From Nanobdellota archaeon (GTDB lineage: Archaea > Nanobdellota > Nanobdellia > UBA10117 > ARS21), in NCBI GenBank assembly GCA_014239585.1, contig JAAZYP010000001.1:111421-175420 (forward strand): a stretch of 64,000 nucleotides of DNA. The letters are read 5' to 3'. Under the pieces are notes generated by a model that saw only the letters and a program-made list of their open reading frames with translations, did not search any database and had not been told where the DNA came from. Shown here piece after piece: positions 39,384 through 50,557 of the stretch. Position 1 is the stretch's first letter; each line of letters starts with the position of its first letter. Position numbers and translations under genes: made by a program.

Positions 39384-41192
39384 ATGAGTGAACAAAATTT
39401 GCCTTCAGATAATGAAAAATTGAAAAAAATGTTTAATAAATTTCAGAAAGAAGACACGTCTAAAGTACTTGATGAAATGAATGCTAAATTAGATTCAGTT
39501 CAAAAGAAAGCTGAAAAAGTTAGAGACTCATTAATTAAAAGACATAAGGATGAAATTTTAGGTACAATTTTAGTTTACAAAAAAACTAAGGAAAATAATG
39601 TTCCCAGATTATTAGTAATCTCGGATATTAAAAAGAAAAATAATAAATTAAAAATTGAACATATTTTGAAAATTGAAAAGGAAGGAAATGCATTATCGAA
39701 AAATGATTTCAAAGTATCCTCCTATTTACTGGAAGAAATTTGGGATTCTGCAGCACGCGGACAGTACGGATTACTTCAAAGCATAGTCTCGGGAAGAATA
39801 TTATATGATCGAGGAGATTGGATCAAATCACTAAAGGCAGTAGAACTTCATAAATTCAGAATGCTTAGAAAATTTGAAAAATATGTTATTTCATATGTTA
39901 TTGCGGGGTCATTAATTCGAGGTGAAGCAAATGAAAATTCAGATGTTGATGTTTCATTAATTATCGATGATACTGATGTTACTCGAACTACTTCTGCAGA
40001 ATTAAAAGCTAGATTGAGAGATATTGCGTTGAAAGAAGCAAGAGATGCAGAACGTGATGCCGGAATTAAAGGAAAGTTAAATGTTCAAGTATGGATTTTA
40101 ACTGATTATTGGATGGGGTTAAGACGTGCTGAACCGATATTTTATACAACTTTGAGAGACGGAATTTCATTATATGATCGGGGAATGTTTGCACCATGGA
40201 AATTAATGCTTAAGAAAGGTATGTTGATTCCGAGTCCAGAATCAATTCGAAGATATATTGATGACGGTAAAAAACATGTGGAACGATTTAATTATAAGTT
40301 TAAATCAATGGCCATGGAAGATTTTTTTTGGGCGTGTATTTATCCAGCTCAAGGTTTATTAATGCTTCAAGGTATTCCGCCCGGTGCACCGAGTCAAGTT
40401 GCACCTCAGATGAAAGCAAATTTAGTAAAAAAAGGCATTTTGGATATTAAATATGTTAAAATTTTTGAGAAGTTACATAAAATTCGTAAAGATTTAGAAT
40501 ATGGTAAAATAAAATCAGTTTCTCCTGAAGAAATTGTGAATATGGCAAGATCTGCACAAGCGTTTGTTGAAGCGGTAGAAAAAGCTTACAATTCTTTAGA
40601 AAAGCGTAAAGTAAAATCTAAAATTGATGAACTAAAAGATCGAACAAAAAAAGATGTTAAGTTAGTGTTGAAAGTTGCAGGGATTAAATCAAATAAGAAA
40701 AATGTGCGTTCCGCACTTCAGAGTGAACTGATAGATAAAGGTCTTGCACGATCAAAATATACTGAATTAATTGAAAAACTAGAGGGATTAGATAAAGAAT
40801 TAACTCCCTTATCCATGATGGATAGTTTAGAATATAATTTGGATACAATTAGAGATGAAACAATAAATATCATAAATTCTGAAAAAGGATTGAATAAAGA
40901 TAAACATCGTTTGACATTAAAATATGGCGCGAAAGATAAACAAAAAATCGCATCAATTTGGCTGTTAAAGAGTATGGCATTTATGATTAAAGATTTATCA
41001 AATCAACAAGCACCAGTTTACAAATATTCCTTCGACGGTACAGGTAGACTATTCGATGAACAAAAATCTTCATTAAAAGTTCTTGAAAATAAACTTGCAA
41101 CTTATTCTGGAGGAAAGGCTAGAATTACTGCAAAAACAATAAATCAATTAAAGGAAATGTTAGATAAAAATTTGCAATTATTAATTGGCTAA
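39384..41192 (+). CDS. Large nucleotidyltransferase-HEPN protein
   Basis: Degenerate N-terminal NTase-like domain; intact AGS...SDVD...IDD; HEPN-like DFFWACIYPAQGLLM...RKDLEY. Confidence 0.8.
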   Translation: MSEQNLPSDNEKLKKMFNKFQKEDTSKVLDEMNAKLDSVQKKAEKVRDSLIKRHKDEILGTILVYKKTKENNVPRLLVISDIKKKNNKLKIEHILKIEKEGNALSKNDFKVSSYLLEEIWDSAARGQYGLLQSIVSGRILYDRGDWIKSLKAVELHKFRMLRKFEKYVISYVIAGSLIRGEANENSDVDVSLIIDDTDVTRTTSAELKARLRDIALKEARDAERDAGIKGKLNVQVWILTDYWMGLRRAEPIFYTTLRDGISLYDRGMFAPWKLMLKKGMLIPSPESIRRYIDDGKKHVERFNYKFKSMAMEDFFWACIYPAQGLLMLQGIPPGAPSQVAPQMKANLVKKGILDIKYVKIFEKLHKIRKDLEYGKIKSVSPEEIVNMARSAQAFVEAVEKAYNSLEKRKVKSKIDELKDRTKKDVKLVLKVAGIKSNKKNVRSALQSELIDKGLARSKYTELIEKLEGLDKELTPLSMMDSLEYNLDTIRDETINIINSEKGLNKDKHRLTLKYGAKDKQKIASIWLLKSMAFMIKDLSNQQAPVYKYSFDGTGRLFDEQKSSLKVLENKLATYSGGKARITAKTINQLKEMLDKNLQLLIG

Positions 41193-41605
41193 AGTAATTT
41201 AATATCTTTAATATTTTGATGATATACATTAATTACTTCTTTTAATTGTTTCAAAGTAGTTTGACCGTTACCTAATAATTTTCGTCGATCATTTGGATTA
41301 GCTAATAGCATTGCTAATACTCTACGATGAATTTTTGATGAATTTAATTTAATCGGATATATAAAATTTTTAATTGTTTCATCTAAACTTTCACCTTTCT
41401 CAAATATTTTAATATCCTTTTTGAATTGGTTTCTTAAATATTTAACATTCAATGCATCTCTTCCGATAGCTTTTCTTACCAAACCTTTATCTACCAAAAA
41501 TATAATTGATTTTTTTGTAACTATACAATTAAGCGGAGATACATTAGTCTTTTCTTTAAAAAATGCCATTGTTCGAAGGGCATAATTGTCTATTGTTATT
41601 GTCAT
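41189..41605 (-). CDS. nusA: Archaeal NusA-like KH protein
   Basis: IFLVDKG-V-KAIGRD; position after rpl30e. Confidence 0.8.
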   Translation of the reverse strand: MTITIDNYALRTMAFFKEKTNVSPLNCIVTKKSIIFLVDKGLVRKAIGRDALNVKYLRNQFKKDIKIFEKGESLDETIKNFIYPIKLNSSKIHRRVLAMLLANPNDRRKLLGNGQTTLKQLKEVINVYHQNIKDIKLL

Positions 41606-41847
41606 TATTTTTTAATACCAATTACTGAAATTAAAAATGGTTTTCGAAGTAAAGTTCCTAACTCTTCGCTATTTTGTTTAACTTGCTCTATTTCAACTTT
41701 ACCTAATTTTTTTGTTATACTTTCTTTCATATCAGCAGGATAATTTGAAGATAAAAATACCTTCACTAATAATTTTGAATTTTTGATTATTTTAGCGGTT
41801 CCATAAAGAATTTTATCTTTATTTTTTAGTGCATCAGTTAATTTCAT
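41605..41847 (-). CDS. rpl30e: 50S ribosomal protein L30e (short)
   Basis: [19 protein letters not shown]; operon position. Confidence 0.85.
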   Translation of the reverse strand: MKLTDALKNKDKILYGTAKIIKNSKLLVKVFLSSNYPADMKESITKKLGKVEIEQVKQNSEELGTLLRKPFLISVIGIKK

Positions 41848-42935
41848 TTTTTCTTAAGCTCCTTACCCATTTTTATAAATAGTTCAGGTAATCCGGTTCC
41901 GATAGGAACAGGTTGATTAATCATAACATTTTCCACAACCGAAGTAAGATTATCTACTTCACCCTTAACACTGGCTTCAATTAAGTGTGTTATTGGTACT
42001 TCGAATGCAGCTCGAGCAAGAACAGACTCTTTTTCTTTAGTGATACCGTGTCGAGTTACTCCTTTAATTGTACCGTCTCGAGTCATAATATCTGCCATTA
42101 GAGATATATGTCTTCGATCTACCAACATACCTTCTTTATCTAAGATTTCCATTGTTTCCTCAACAATAGCCTTCCTTGCAGCTTCGATGCCCAATGCATC
42201 TTCAATTTCGTAAAAATTATTTGTTTTTGTTCGAGTGAAATCAACTTCAGGAATATTTAATACTGATCTTAAATTTGAACCAAAAGTTTGAATAATAAAT
42301 TCATTTCCACTCTTATACGCCATTACGTCATCAATTCCATTAACTCCTGAAACAAATGTATCTTTTAATTTTTCTTTTAGTTTGTAAAGTTTTTTGATAT
42401 CTTTTTCCTTTTCTAAAATAGATAAACTTGATGTTTTCTTAATAACTTCGAAAGTTTTCAAAGTTTTCTTTAATTGATTATATACTGCGTCAATATCCAC
42501 CGATCTTCGGACCATTTCTTCTTTATTTAATAGAACATTAACTTCACCTTTTGCCAAATCCATTACGAATTCTTTTGCAATATCTTTCAATACAGTTTGT
42601 TTCAATCGTTGAGCAATTTGATCAGATTTAATTTTACTTTTATTGTGCGGTGATTTCAAATAAATGTGCATTGTAGGAGTTGAAGGTATTTTTCGAGCAT
42701 CTAATATTTCAATAATCCGAGGTAATCCTAATGTAACTGATAATTCTGCTCCTACGAAGTGGAACGATCTCATTGTAAGTTGAGTACCTGGTTCACCCAG
42801 AGATTGTGCAGAAATAACTCCAACAGCTTCACCTGGATCTACTTGCATTTCAGGATATCTAGTTTTAGCTAATTTATCGTTCTTAAATTTCATACCTTTC
42901 GGTAAATCTTGTTTAATCCATTTACGTTCCGCCAT
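41844..42935 (-). CDS. rpoA2: RNA polymerase subunit A'' (Rpo1C)
   Basis: [25 protein letters not shown] and ARAAFE. Confidence 0.95.
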   Translation of the reverse strand: MAERKWIKQDLPKGMKFKNDKLAKTRYPEMQVDPGEAVGVISAQSLGEPGTQLTMRSFHFVGAELSVTLGLPRIIEILDARKIPSTPTMHIYLKSPHNKSKIKSDQIAQRLKQTVLKDIAKEFVMDLAKGEVNVLLNKEEMVRRSVDIDAVYNQLKKTLKTFEVIKKTSSLSILEKEKDIKKLYKLKEKLKDTFVSGVNGIDDVMAYKSGNEFIIQTFGSNLRSVLNIPEVDFTRTKTNNFYEIEDALGIEAARKAIVEETMEILDKEGMLVDRRHISLMADIMTRDGTIKGVTRHGITKEKESVLARAAFEVPITHLIEASVKGEVDNLTSVVENVMINQPVPIGTGLPELFIKMGKELKKK

Positions 42936-45514
42936 TATTCGTTTATGATCTGTCCTCCGTCAGATTTAGCAACATCTATACCGTCGCCTCCAAATGCGAA
43001 TTGAATAATTCTTCGGCTTCCGTCTCTAACAGTTCCATCATATGCAACTCTTAAGTCTTGTAATGCATTAGTTAATCTTCTTTGTAAATATCCCGATTTA
43101 GGAGTTCTCATAGCAGTATCCATAAAGTTGTCTCTACCTGTTATCGATTCGAAGAATACTTCATGTGCATTTAATCCGTTAGCATAATTACTTGAAATAA
43201 ATCCGTGTGCATCTGGTCCTAAATCTCCCTTTTCAAAGTGAGCAATAGTTCGACCATCATAACCAAAATTAATTCGCTCTCCTCTAAGGTCTGTTTGTCC
43301 TTTAAACCCACTCATAAGGACAATATTTCGAGTTTTATCACCCGCACCAGCTTTAGCAGAATTAACTAAATGAGTAGTTTCTTTAACTTCATTATCAATT
43401 AATTCACCAAGTACCGATCGAGGATTAGATAATAATCCCTGCATTTTGGTTTCAAATGTTTCAGTCACCGTTTTACCAGGATAAGGTTCTATTTTACCAG
43501 CTTTATAATTTTTAATCAATTTTTCAGCTTTCTTATTAGTATCATCCAATAATTCGTTAATCCTTTTCTTTACTGAATCTGAAATATCAAAATCATTAAA
43601 ACTCATGGTTAATCCAACATTTTTTGCAACAGCAAGTCCTAAATGAATTACATAATTTACGAATTCTGATGCAATATCTGAACCATAATCTAAATATAAT
43701 TTATGAATTAATAGTCCACCTTCTGAACCAATTAACGAGTTATCAATCAGTCCTTGAACTAATTCACCCCCTTTAATTATAACTTTACCTTTTACAGTTT
43801 TACCGTTCTTGAATTCTTTCCCCTTTGTTTCAAAATCAAGATCTTTAGGTAATAGTAAAGAGAATATTTGACTACCTGACCATAATTCAATTTTACCATC
43901 CTTTTTTTCTGGTTTAGGCAAAGTTGTATCTAATCCGATACTTGTAATTAATTCTGAAGCTTCAGCTTTAGTAAAGAATCTATTTTTAGTTAAATAATAA
44001 CATCCTAATACGCTGTCTTCATGTGCACCAATAATACTTAATCCATATCTGGGCGTAACAATTTGATTTTGAAGCAATAATAATGTTTCAGCTTCAGCTC
44101 TGGCTTCTTCTGTTTGTGGAACGTGTAAATTCATTTCGTCTCCGTCGAAGTCTGCATTATAAGGTATAGTTACAGCAGGATTAATTCTCAAAGTTTCACC
44201 TGGAACTACTTTTACTCGATGCCCCATCATTGACATTCGATGTAACGAAGGTTGTCTATTGAATAGAACTATATCACCATCTATTAATGTTCTATCTGCC
44301 AAATAACCAGGTTCTAATTCTTCTAAAATTGATTCAACTGATTCATCAGTTATCTTTTTTCTACCACCCTCGTTAGTTGTAATATATCTAACTGCAGGAT
44401 ATCCGTTTACATTTTTAATTAATTCTGAAATCCATTTAATATTCCATTCAGTAACTCTTTCCGGAACAGTAATTTCTCTTGCAATTCTGGTTGGAACTCC
44501 AACCTCATTAATATCAATATGTGAATCTGGAGAAATAACCGATCTTGCACAGAAATTTACTCGTTTACCTGATAGATTTTGCCGGAAAATACCTTGTTTT
44601 CCCTTCAATCGTTGTGCTAATGTTTTCAATTGTCTTCGGGTTCGATGTCGTGCAGGCGGTATACCTGAGATATTATTATTAAAATAAGTTGTTACATGAT
44701 ATTGTAATAGATCCCATAAATCTTCAATGATTATTTCTGGCGCCCCAGCATTAATATTTTCTAATAATCTTTGATTAACTCTAACTACATCCGATAATTT
44801 ATGTGTTAAATCGTCTTCAGATCGTTCACCTGTTTCGAGAGTTATAGATGGTCTTACTCTGATCGGAGGTACTAATAATTCAGTTAATATCATCCATTCT
44901 GGACGAGCATGATCTGGATCAACTCCAAAAATTCTGACATCTTCATCAGGTATTTTTTCAAGACGTTCTCTAATTTCAGTTGGCCAAAGTCTTCTACTTT
45001 CGCTCTTTTTCAAACCTTCAGTATAAGTTTGAGGTTTTACAAAATTTAATTTAATACGCGGGTGTGCACAATGTGGACAAACTTTAGGTGTGGCTGCAGC
45101 TTTAATAATATCTCTTGTTACTTTCTTGTAAGTATTTGGATTTTTTTCTTGTTTAGCTAATTTTAATTTTGCTTTAAATTTCGCCTTTTTCTTTTCGTCT
45201 AATGCGATTCTTCCACATTCACTACATGTTCCTCTTAAGAAACTGTAAACGTGTGTTCGATAAAGAATATGAACAATCGGTCTAGATAATCGAATACATC
45301 CGTATCCTCCAGCACCTAATTTGAATCGTTTTATACCCATTCCTGGGTCAAGTACACCCATCTCTGGATCCATTAATCCATTTCTTACAGGATATCCGTC
45401 AGAATCATATATTTCAGGAGTTTTGACAATTACTTTACTTAATCTTTTGATATCTGAAGGATTCATTAATCCAAATTTAATACTTCCAACTTCTTTAGTT
45501 ACAAAATTTCGCAT
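42935..45514 (-). CDS. rpoA1: RNA polymerase subunit A' (Rpo1N)
   Basis: [11 protein letters not shown] catalytic motif, NRQPSLH, SGYLQRR. Confidence 0.97.
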   Translation of the reverse strand: MRNFVTKEVGSIKFGLMNPSDIKRLSKVIVKTPEIYDSDGYPVRNGLMDPEMGVLDPGMGIKRFKLGAGGYGCIRLSRPIVHILYRTHVYSFLRGTCSECGRIALDEKKKAKFKAKLKLAKQEKNPNTYKKVTRDIIKAAATPKVCPHCAHPRIKLNFVKPQTYTEGLKKSESRRLWPTEIRERLEKIPDEDVRIFGVDPDHARPEWMILTELLVPPIRVRPSITLETGERSEDDLTHKLSDVVRVNQRLLENINAGAPEIIIEDLWDLLQYHVTTYFNNNISGIPPARHRTRRQLKTLAQRLKGKQGIFRQNLSGKRVNFCARSVISPDSHIDINEVGVPTRIAREITVPERVTEWNIKWISELIKNVNGYPAVRYITTNEGGRKKITDESVESILEELEPGYLADRTLIDGDIVLFNRQPSLHRMSMMGHRVKVVPGETLRINPAVTIPYNADFDGDEMNLHVPQTEEARAEAETLLLLQNQIVTPRYGLSIIGAHEDSVLGCYYLTKNRFFTKAEASELITSIGLDTTLPKPEKKDGKIELWSGSQIFSLLLPKDLDFETKGKEFKNGKTVKGKVIIKGGELVQGLIDNSLIGSEGGLLIHKLYLDYGSDIASEFVNYVIHLGLAVAKNVGLTMSFNDFDISDSVKKRINELLDDTNKKAEKLIKNYKAGKIEPYPGKTVTETFETKMQGLLSNPRSVLGELIDNEVKETTHLVNSAKAGAGDKTRNIVLMSGFKGQTDLRGERINFGYDGRTIAHFEKGDLGPDAHGFISSNYANGLNAHEVFFESITGRDNFMDTAMRTPKSGYLQRRLTNALQDLRVAYDGTVRDGSRRIIQFAFGGDGIDVAKSDGGQIINE

Positions 45515-47319
45515 TATTGAACCTCCTTAAACTTACTTTTTAATTTAACATATGGTCGAATACCCATAGATTTCAATTGTTCCAATAATAATTTAAATCC
45601 GTATGCTATTCTGACTCTAGATACATTTTCTTGCGGCTCAAGTACACTTTCAAATTTGTCTGAAACCGGATTATATTCTGCAAGATCTCCTGTTTTTTCA
45701 CCAATATATACTGAATCAATATCTGAATCAAACCTTTCTTTCAATAATAATGATGCACCGTGTGCAATTAATGTATCTTTTTCCATGTCTCCAAATCTAA
45801 GTCCACCCTCCATAGCCTTACCTGCAGTAGGTTGACGAGTTAATAGTGCAACTCGTCCTCTTGCTCTAGATTGAATCTTATCTGCAACTTGATGTTTTAA
45901 TCTTAAATAATAAATATTACCAACGAAGATTTTTGCTTCATATTCTTTCCCAGTTCGTCCATCATATAGCGTTTCAGTTCCGTTTTCTCTAAAGCCTGCT
46001 TCTTCTAATTCTTTTCGAATATCTTCAGTTTTTTCTCCAGAAAAAGGTGTTCCGTCAACATATCTTCCATTTAATGCTCCAACTTTTGCTCCAAGCGATT
46101 CGATTAGGTGAGAGACAGTCATACGTCTCATTCCAAATGGACTGAATATTACATCGGGAACCGTTCCTGAAGAACTAAAAGGCATATCTTCTGGATTTGC
46201 AAGATATCCTACAACTCCCTTTTGACCGTGTCTAGACGATACTTTATCTCCAATTGCAATAGGTCTAGTTTCTCGAACTTCAACATTAACTAATTGATTT
46301 CCATTTTGAGATTCAGTTAAAATAACTTTTGATACAATACCATTTTCTCCGAATTTAACTCGAGTAGAGGTATCTTTTCTAATATTTGCTGCAGTACTAA
46401 ATGATTCTAATTTTGATAAAAATCTAGGTGGTGAAGTTTTACCCACTAATACTTCTCCGCCAGCTACAGATGTTTCAGGATTTACTAACCCGTCGCTATC
46501 TAAATATTTGTAATCTTCTTCCAGAGTATAACCTTGCACTTCTTTATCTGGAATCATTATTCGATCAGTTTGACCTGCCGAATATCTTAATCTTTCAGTT
46601 GAATAGGGTCTAAAATGTGATACTCTACAAAGTCCTCTATCAACTGATGCTCGATTAAATACGATACCATCAGACATATTATAACCATCATAATTCAAAA
46701 TTGCAATTACTACATTTTGTCCACCAGTGATATGATCTCCAAATAAATCTTGAGTATAACTTTTAACAATCGGTTTTTGAGTATAATGAAGAACATTTAC
46801 ATTGGTGTCTAATCGATTCAAATAATTTGTTGTATATAATGAAGTTCCTTGCATTTGATTTTTTTGACCTCTAAGAAGTCTAGTAGATGGATCGTGATTT
46901 GCAAAAGGAATCATTGTGGTATTCATACCAAAAATAACTAATGGATCAACTTCCAAATGAGTATGTTTTTTTGTTAATTTATCTTCATCCATCGCGATTA
47001 AAACTGATTCCTCTTCTAATGCATCTAATTCTTCAATAATTCCTGTTTCAATTAGATTCGCCCATGATAGTTTCCCCGAATCAATATCATCAATGTGCTT
47101 TTGGGTTAATAGTGATTTTCCGTCCCGTACAATAATTAAAGGTCGTCTTAATCGATTTTTATCAAATTGCACAAAAACAATATCTTCCTTTTCACTAAAT
47201 GCAACATTTGTATTTTTTGTTAATTTTCCTTCACGTCTTGCAGAAACAATTTTTTCAATAAATTTCTTTCCGTCTTTAACGGTTCCATATAATGTTCCAT
47301 CAACAAAAATATCAGTCAT
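45514..47319 (-). CDS. rpoB1: RNA polymerase subunit B' (Rpo2C)
   Basis: GDKVSSRHGQKG, TRQPTAG, GGLRFGDME. Confidence 0.95.
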   Translation of the reverse strand: MTDIFVDGTLYGTVKDGKKFIEKIVSARREGKLTKNTNVAFSEKEDIVFVQFDKNRLRRPLIIVRDGKSLLTQKHIDDIDSGKLSWANLIETGIIEELDALEEESVLIAMDEDKLTKKHTHLEVDPLVIFGMNTTMIPFANHDPSTRLLRGQKNQMQGTSLYTTNYLNRLDTNVNVLHYTQKPIVKSYTQDLFGDHITGGQNVVIAILNYDGYNMSDGIVFNRASVDRGLCRVSHFRPYSTERLRYSAGQTDRIMIPDKEVQGYTLEEDYKYLDSDGLVNPETSVAGGEVLVGKTSPPRFLSKLESFSTAANIRKDTSTRVKFGENGIVSKVILTESQNGNQLVNVEVRETRPIAIGDKVSSRHGQKGVVGYLANPEDMPFSSSGTVPDVIFSPFGMRRMTVSHLIESLGAKVGALNGRYVDGTPFSGEKTEDIRKELEEAGFRENGTETLYDGRTGKEYEAKIFVGNIYYLRLKHQVADKIQSRARGRVALLTRQPTAGKAMEGGLRFGDMEKDTLIAHGASLLLKERFDSDIDSVYIGEKTGDLAEYNPVSDKFESVLEPQENVSRVRIAYGFKLLLEQLKSMGIRPYVKLKSKFKEVQ

Positions 47320-48803
47320 TTGTATTTTTCCGCCCCTAATTTATCAAGTAATTTTAAATTTTTATTATAATCTTTTTCTTCTAATTCAGTTGTAATTGTT
47401 GCCATCAGTGCTAAAGCCTTTCTAAGTCCGATGTTTTTACCCTCAGGAGACTCAATCGCACCCAATCTACCCCAATGTGTAGGATGTAATTCTCTTGCTT
47501 TGAAACTTTCTCGATTTGAATCCAATAACGAAGTAACTCTTCTTAACTGAGAAATTGCAGCAATAGGATTATCTCGTTCAAGTCTTTGTGATACTCCTTG
47601 CCTATTTCCCGTCCAATTTCCTGTAGCCATTGCTGATTTAATTTTATCGGTCATAAATTTTGCTCGAACTAACGATGCAATCGGGATAACTTTTCCTCGT
47701 CTAACTCCACGAGTAAAAATATAGATTATATCATTTTTTAATCCCTTGAAATTTGTTCTGAATAAATCTTCTAATAAATCTCCAGACATTCTAATTCGTT
47801 TATTCATATAGTGATCTTTATCATCTAACTTAATTTCCTCATTTTTCAAAAGTAAAATCTTCTTAACCATTTTAGCTAAAAATCTTGCTTTTGAAGTTCT
47901 ATCTTTTTTTGATGTTCCGATATGTGGAAGTAAAACTGTATCTAAAATTGATTCAACTTTCTGCAATTTACGTTCTTTAGGTAGTGCCAATAACATAGAT
48001 TTTGCAACTGCTTCTTTAGCTTCTCCTTCATCTTTCAATTCCATATGTTCAATTAAATTAATATATAATTCTTCAGGTAATTCTTTAAATCCAACAAAAT
48101 CTGCGATTTCTTGATCTCTAATTATTCCTAATGCTTTCATAAGAACTACAAATGGAATTTTTTGAATATTACTAAAATTAACTAAAAATAATCCTTCCTT
48201 GGTTCGATTAACTGAATGTGAAATTTTGTAAGTATCAATTGCAGAAAAAACTTTTGCAGTATGCGTTATTGGACTTTTTCCTTCTTCAATTAAAATTCGA
48301 TTTGGTGCTAAATCTTCCAATAGAACTAATGCTCTTTCAGTTCCATTAATAACAAAATATCCTCCCGGATCAAGTGGATCTTCGCCATGTTCCACCATTT
48401 CTTTTTTGGATAATGAATTTAAATAACATAATTTGGATCCAATCATAACTGGAATCTGTGCAATTTGTACTTCTGCTCTATCTCTTTCTTTTCCATCAAT
48501 AACTAACGATACTTCAAGAGCTACAGGTGCAGCATAAGTTAAATTTCTCATTCTTGCTTCATTAGGATATAGTGGTCTTTCTGACCCATCTGCCTCTAAA
48601 ATCATAGGTTTACCTACTGAAATATTACCAAATACAAATTTTACTTCTTCAGCATCAACTGGGATAACTGCAGGCATTAATTCCTTTTCAGCATCAATAA
48701 TATTTTGCATTCGCCAATCAATAAATGAATTGTATGATTCAATATTGCTCCGAACAAAACCATTCTCTTCAATGAATTTTTTTACTAATGCTCTTTTGTT
48801 CAT
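47316..48803 (-). CDS. rpoB2: RNA polymerase subunit B'' (Rpo2N)
   Basis: EARMRNLTY, DPGGYFVINGTER, ARELHPTHWGR, SPEG. Confidence 0.95.
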   Translation of the reverse strand: MNKRALVKKFIEENGFVRSNIESYNSFIDWRMQNIIDAEKELMPAVIPVDAEEVKFVFGNISVGKPMILEADGSERPLYPNEARMRNLTYAAPVALEVSLVIDGKERDRAEVQIAQIPVMIGSKLCYLNSLSKKEMVEHGEDPLDPGGYFVINGTERALVLLEDLAPNRILIEEGKSPITHTAKVFSAIDTYKISHSVNRTKEGLFLVNFSNIQKIPFVVLMKALGIIRDQEIADFVGFKELPEELYINLIEHMELKDEGEAKEAVAKSMLLALPKERKLQKVESILDTVLLPHIGTSKKDRTSKARFLAKMVKKILLLKNEEIKLDDKDHYMNKRIRMSGDLLEDLFRTNFKGLKNDIIYIFTRGVRRGKVIPIASLVRAKFMTDKIKSAMATGNWTGNRQGVSQRLERDNPIAAISQLRRVTSLLDSNRESFKARELHPTHWGRLGAIESPEGKNIGLRKALALMATITTELEEKDYNKNLKLLDKLGAEKYK

Positions 48804-49051
48804 TCTACAATTCTCCGATAATATTTATATTCTCCAGCATGCGGTGATTTCCGAATTATTTCTAAGATAGAATTTGGTTCAGCATCTAGTTTAACAATAA
48901 CTGGATCTTTGATACTAATTGAAGGTAATTGGGAACGGGAAATATTGTAAGTTTTAAGAAGTGTTTCAGTTTCATCCTCGTTTAGAATTTTTTGTTTTGG
49001 AACAAAAATGTGTTTTGAAATGTCAACAGTAATTTCTTTTTTCTTAGCCAA
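48800..49051 (-). CDS. rpoH: RNA polymerase subunit H (Rpo5)
   Basis: HIFVPK, QLPSI-DP, IIRKS, YYR; TTG start with GGGGTG Shine-Dalgarno. Confidence 0.93.
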   Translation of the reverse strand: MAKKKEITVDISKHIFVPKQKILNEDETETLLKTYNISRSQLPSISIKDPVIVKLDAEPNSILEIIRKSPHAGEYKYYRRIVE

Positions 49052-49165
49052 ATTAGCACCCCGGAGTACGGTATTTTCTGAAAGATTATCCTTATAAACT
49101 TATCGAAAAACAATCACGCAAACCTTATTTCTTAGAAATATATGTTTCATTTAAAAACATGTCGA

Positions 49166-49303
49166 TTAATTTAAATATTTATACAAAATTACTCCAAAAA
49201 TAAGATATTTAATCGGTTTTGTTAAAATTACAATTGTCCAAAACTTCTTACTTTTCAAAAGTCGTCTATTAAACTGGTCCAATCGTCGGAGCTTGTCTTC
49301 CAT
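49166..49303 (-). CDS. Small membrane protein
   Basis: ATG at 49303: MEDKLRRLDQFNRRLLKSKKFWTIVILTKPIKYLIFGVILYKYLN. Confidence 0.45.
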   Translation of the reverse strand: MEDKLRRLDQFNRRLLKSKKFWTIVILTKPIKYLIFGVILYKYLN

Positions 49304-49412
49304 GGCAATTATGATTCTGGAAGCATTCTGGACAAAAGTTTTGACCGCACGCAGAACATGTTCTTTGAATATCAGCACCAGTACATTGAGAGCAAACACC
49401 CATTACTTCCAT
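49269..49412 (-). CDS. Small zinc-finger protein (AN1/B-box-like Cys/His spacing)
   Basis: Not in ORF track: MEVMGVCSQCTGADIQRTCSACGQNFCPECFQNHNCHGRQAPTIGPV. Confidence 0.65.
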   Translation of the reverse strand: MEVMGVCSQCTGADIQRTCSACGQNFCPECFQNHNCHGRQAPTIGPV

Positions 49413-49434
49413 GCTCTTTTCTAAAAATTGATAC

Positions 49435-50382
49435 TTATATTACTACCGAATTAACTTTGTATATTAAATATCCCACATACATACTTAACATCAAAATTGC
49501 ACTATTTTTGCTTAATTTATGATCTTTTTGGAATAATAACAATAAAATTGCGGATGTTACAAACCAAAATGGAATATCAAAATCAATAATTGTTTTTGAA
49601 ATGGGATTGTCTACGATCATCGCGCCAATCCCCATTCCCATCATTGGATTAGTTATATTTGATCCAATTAGTACTCCGAGTGATACTTCTTTTGCTTTTT
49701 TCATTACACCCATCAATGCAGTTGTAAATTCAGGTAAACCCGTTGCAACACCAATTATTAGCAGTCCAAAAAAACTTTGTTCAATACCTAATATTTCTGA
49801 AAATTTCAACGCGCCACTAACAACAATATTCGCACTCAAACTTAATACAAAAATTCCAGATAAAAGTAAACCAATATGATGTGTAATCTTCAGTTGATTA
49901 ATTAAAGGAGTATATTTATGTTTCAATCTTTTTTCAGTTTTGTAAAGATAATATAAATACGCCAAATATAATCCTAACAAAATTGCACCCTCAATTTGGC
50001 TAATTATTCCGTTTTGACCAAATAAATACACGATTACAATTGATCCTAACATTACTAATCCGTCTCGTTTTTGGATACTTTTTGATGACTTAATTACAGA
50101 TAATAACCCTAATACTCCGATAATAAACGTTATTTGAAATATATTTGAACCAATATTTGTTCCGATAGCAATATTTGATGCTGCAATTCCGTTCAATTCG
50201 TTTAAACTAGAAATTATATGTGTAAATATTTCAGGTAAAGACGTTCCAATAGATAATACTGTTAGCCCAACAAATAGTTTTGATATTTTTAATCTATCTG
50301 CGATAATTAATGCTTGATCTACTGCAAGATGTGCTCCAAACCAAATTCCAATTAATCCAAGTAAAAAGGATAATGCTTCCAC
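49435..50382 (-). CDS. Calcium/sodium antiporter (CaCA family)
   Basis: Alpha repeats GTSLPE...IGSN and ATGLPE...IGSN. Confidence 0.92.
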   Translation of the reverse strand: MEALSFLLGLIGIWFGAHLAVDQALIIADRLKISKLFVGLTVLSIGTSLPEIFTHIISSLNELNGIAASNIAIGTNIGSNIFQITFIIGVLGLLSVIKSSKSIQKRDGLVMLGSIVIVYLFGQNGIISQIEGAILLGLYLAYLYYLYKTEKRLKHKYTPLINQLKITHHIGLLLSGIFVLSLSANIVVSGALKFSEILGIEQSFFGLLIIGVATGLPEFTTALMGVMKKAKEVSLGVLIGSNITNPMMGMGIGAMIVDNPISKTIIDFDIPFWFVTSAILLLLFQKDHKLSKNSAILMLSMYVGYLIYKVNSVVI

Positions 50383-50459
50383 ATTAGATATTGATCTTTC
50401 ATTTAATAAAAAACTGCTCTAGAAAGACTTTTAAATGAAATAATTAACAAAATGATTAT

Positions 50460-50537
50460 GCCCACGTGGTGTAGTTTGGTCTATCATACAAGCTTGTCAC
50501 GCTTGTGACCCGTGTTCAAATCACGGCGTGGGCGCCA
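50460..50537 (+). tRNA. tRNA-Asp(GTC), CCA encoded
   Basis: Cloverleaf; anticodon arm CAAGC-TT-GTC-AC-GCTTG. Confidence 0.95.
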
Positions 50538-50557
50538 TATTCAGTTAGTTTTAATTT

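Noticed and set aside
42935-48803. Split RNA polymerase subunits as a novelty
   Set aside because: A'/A'' and B'/B'' splits are well known in archaea
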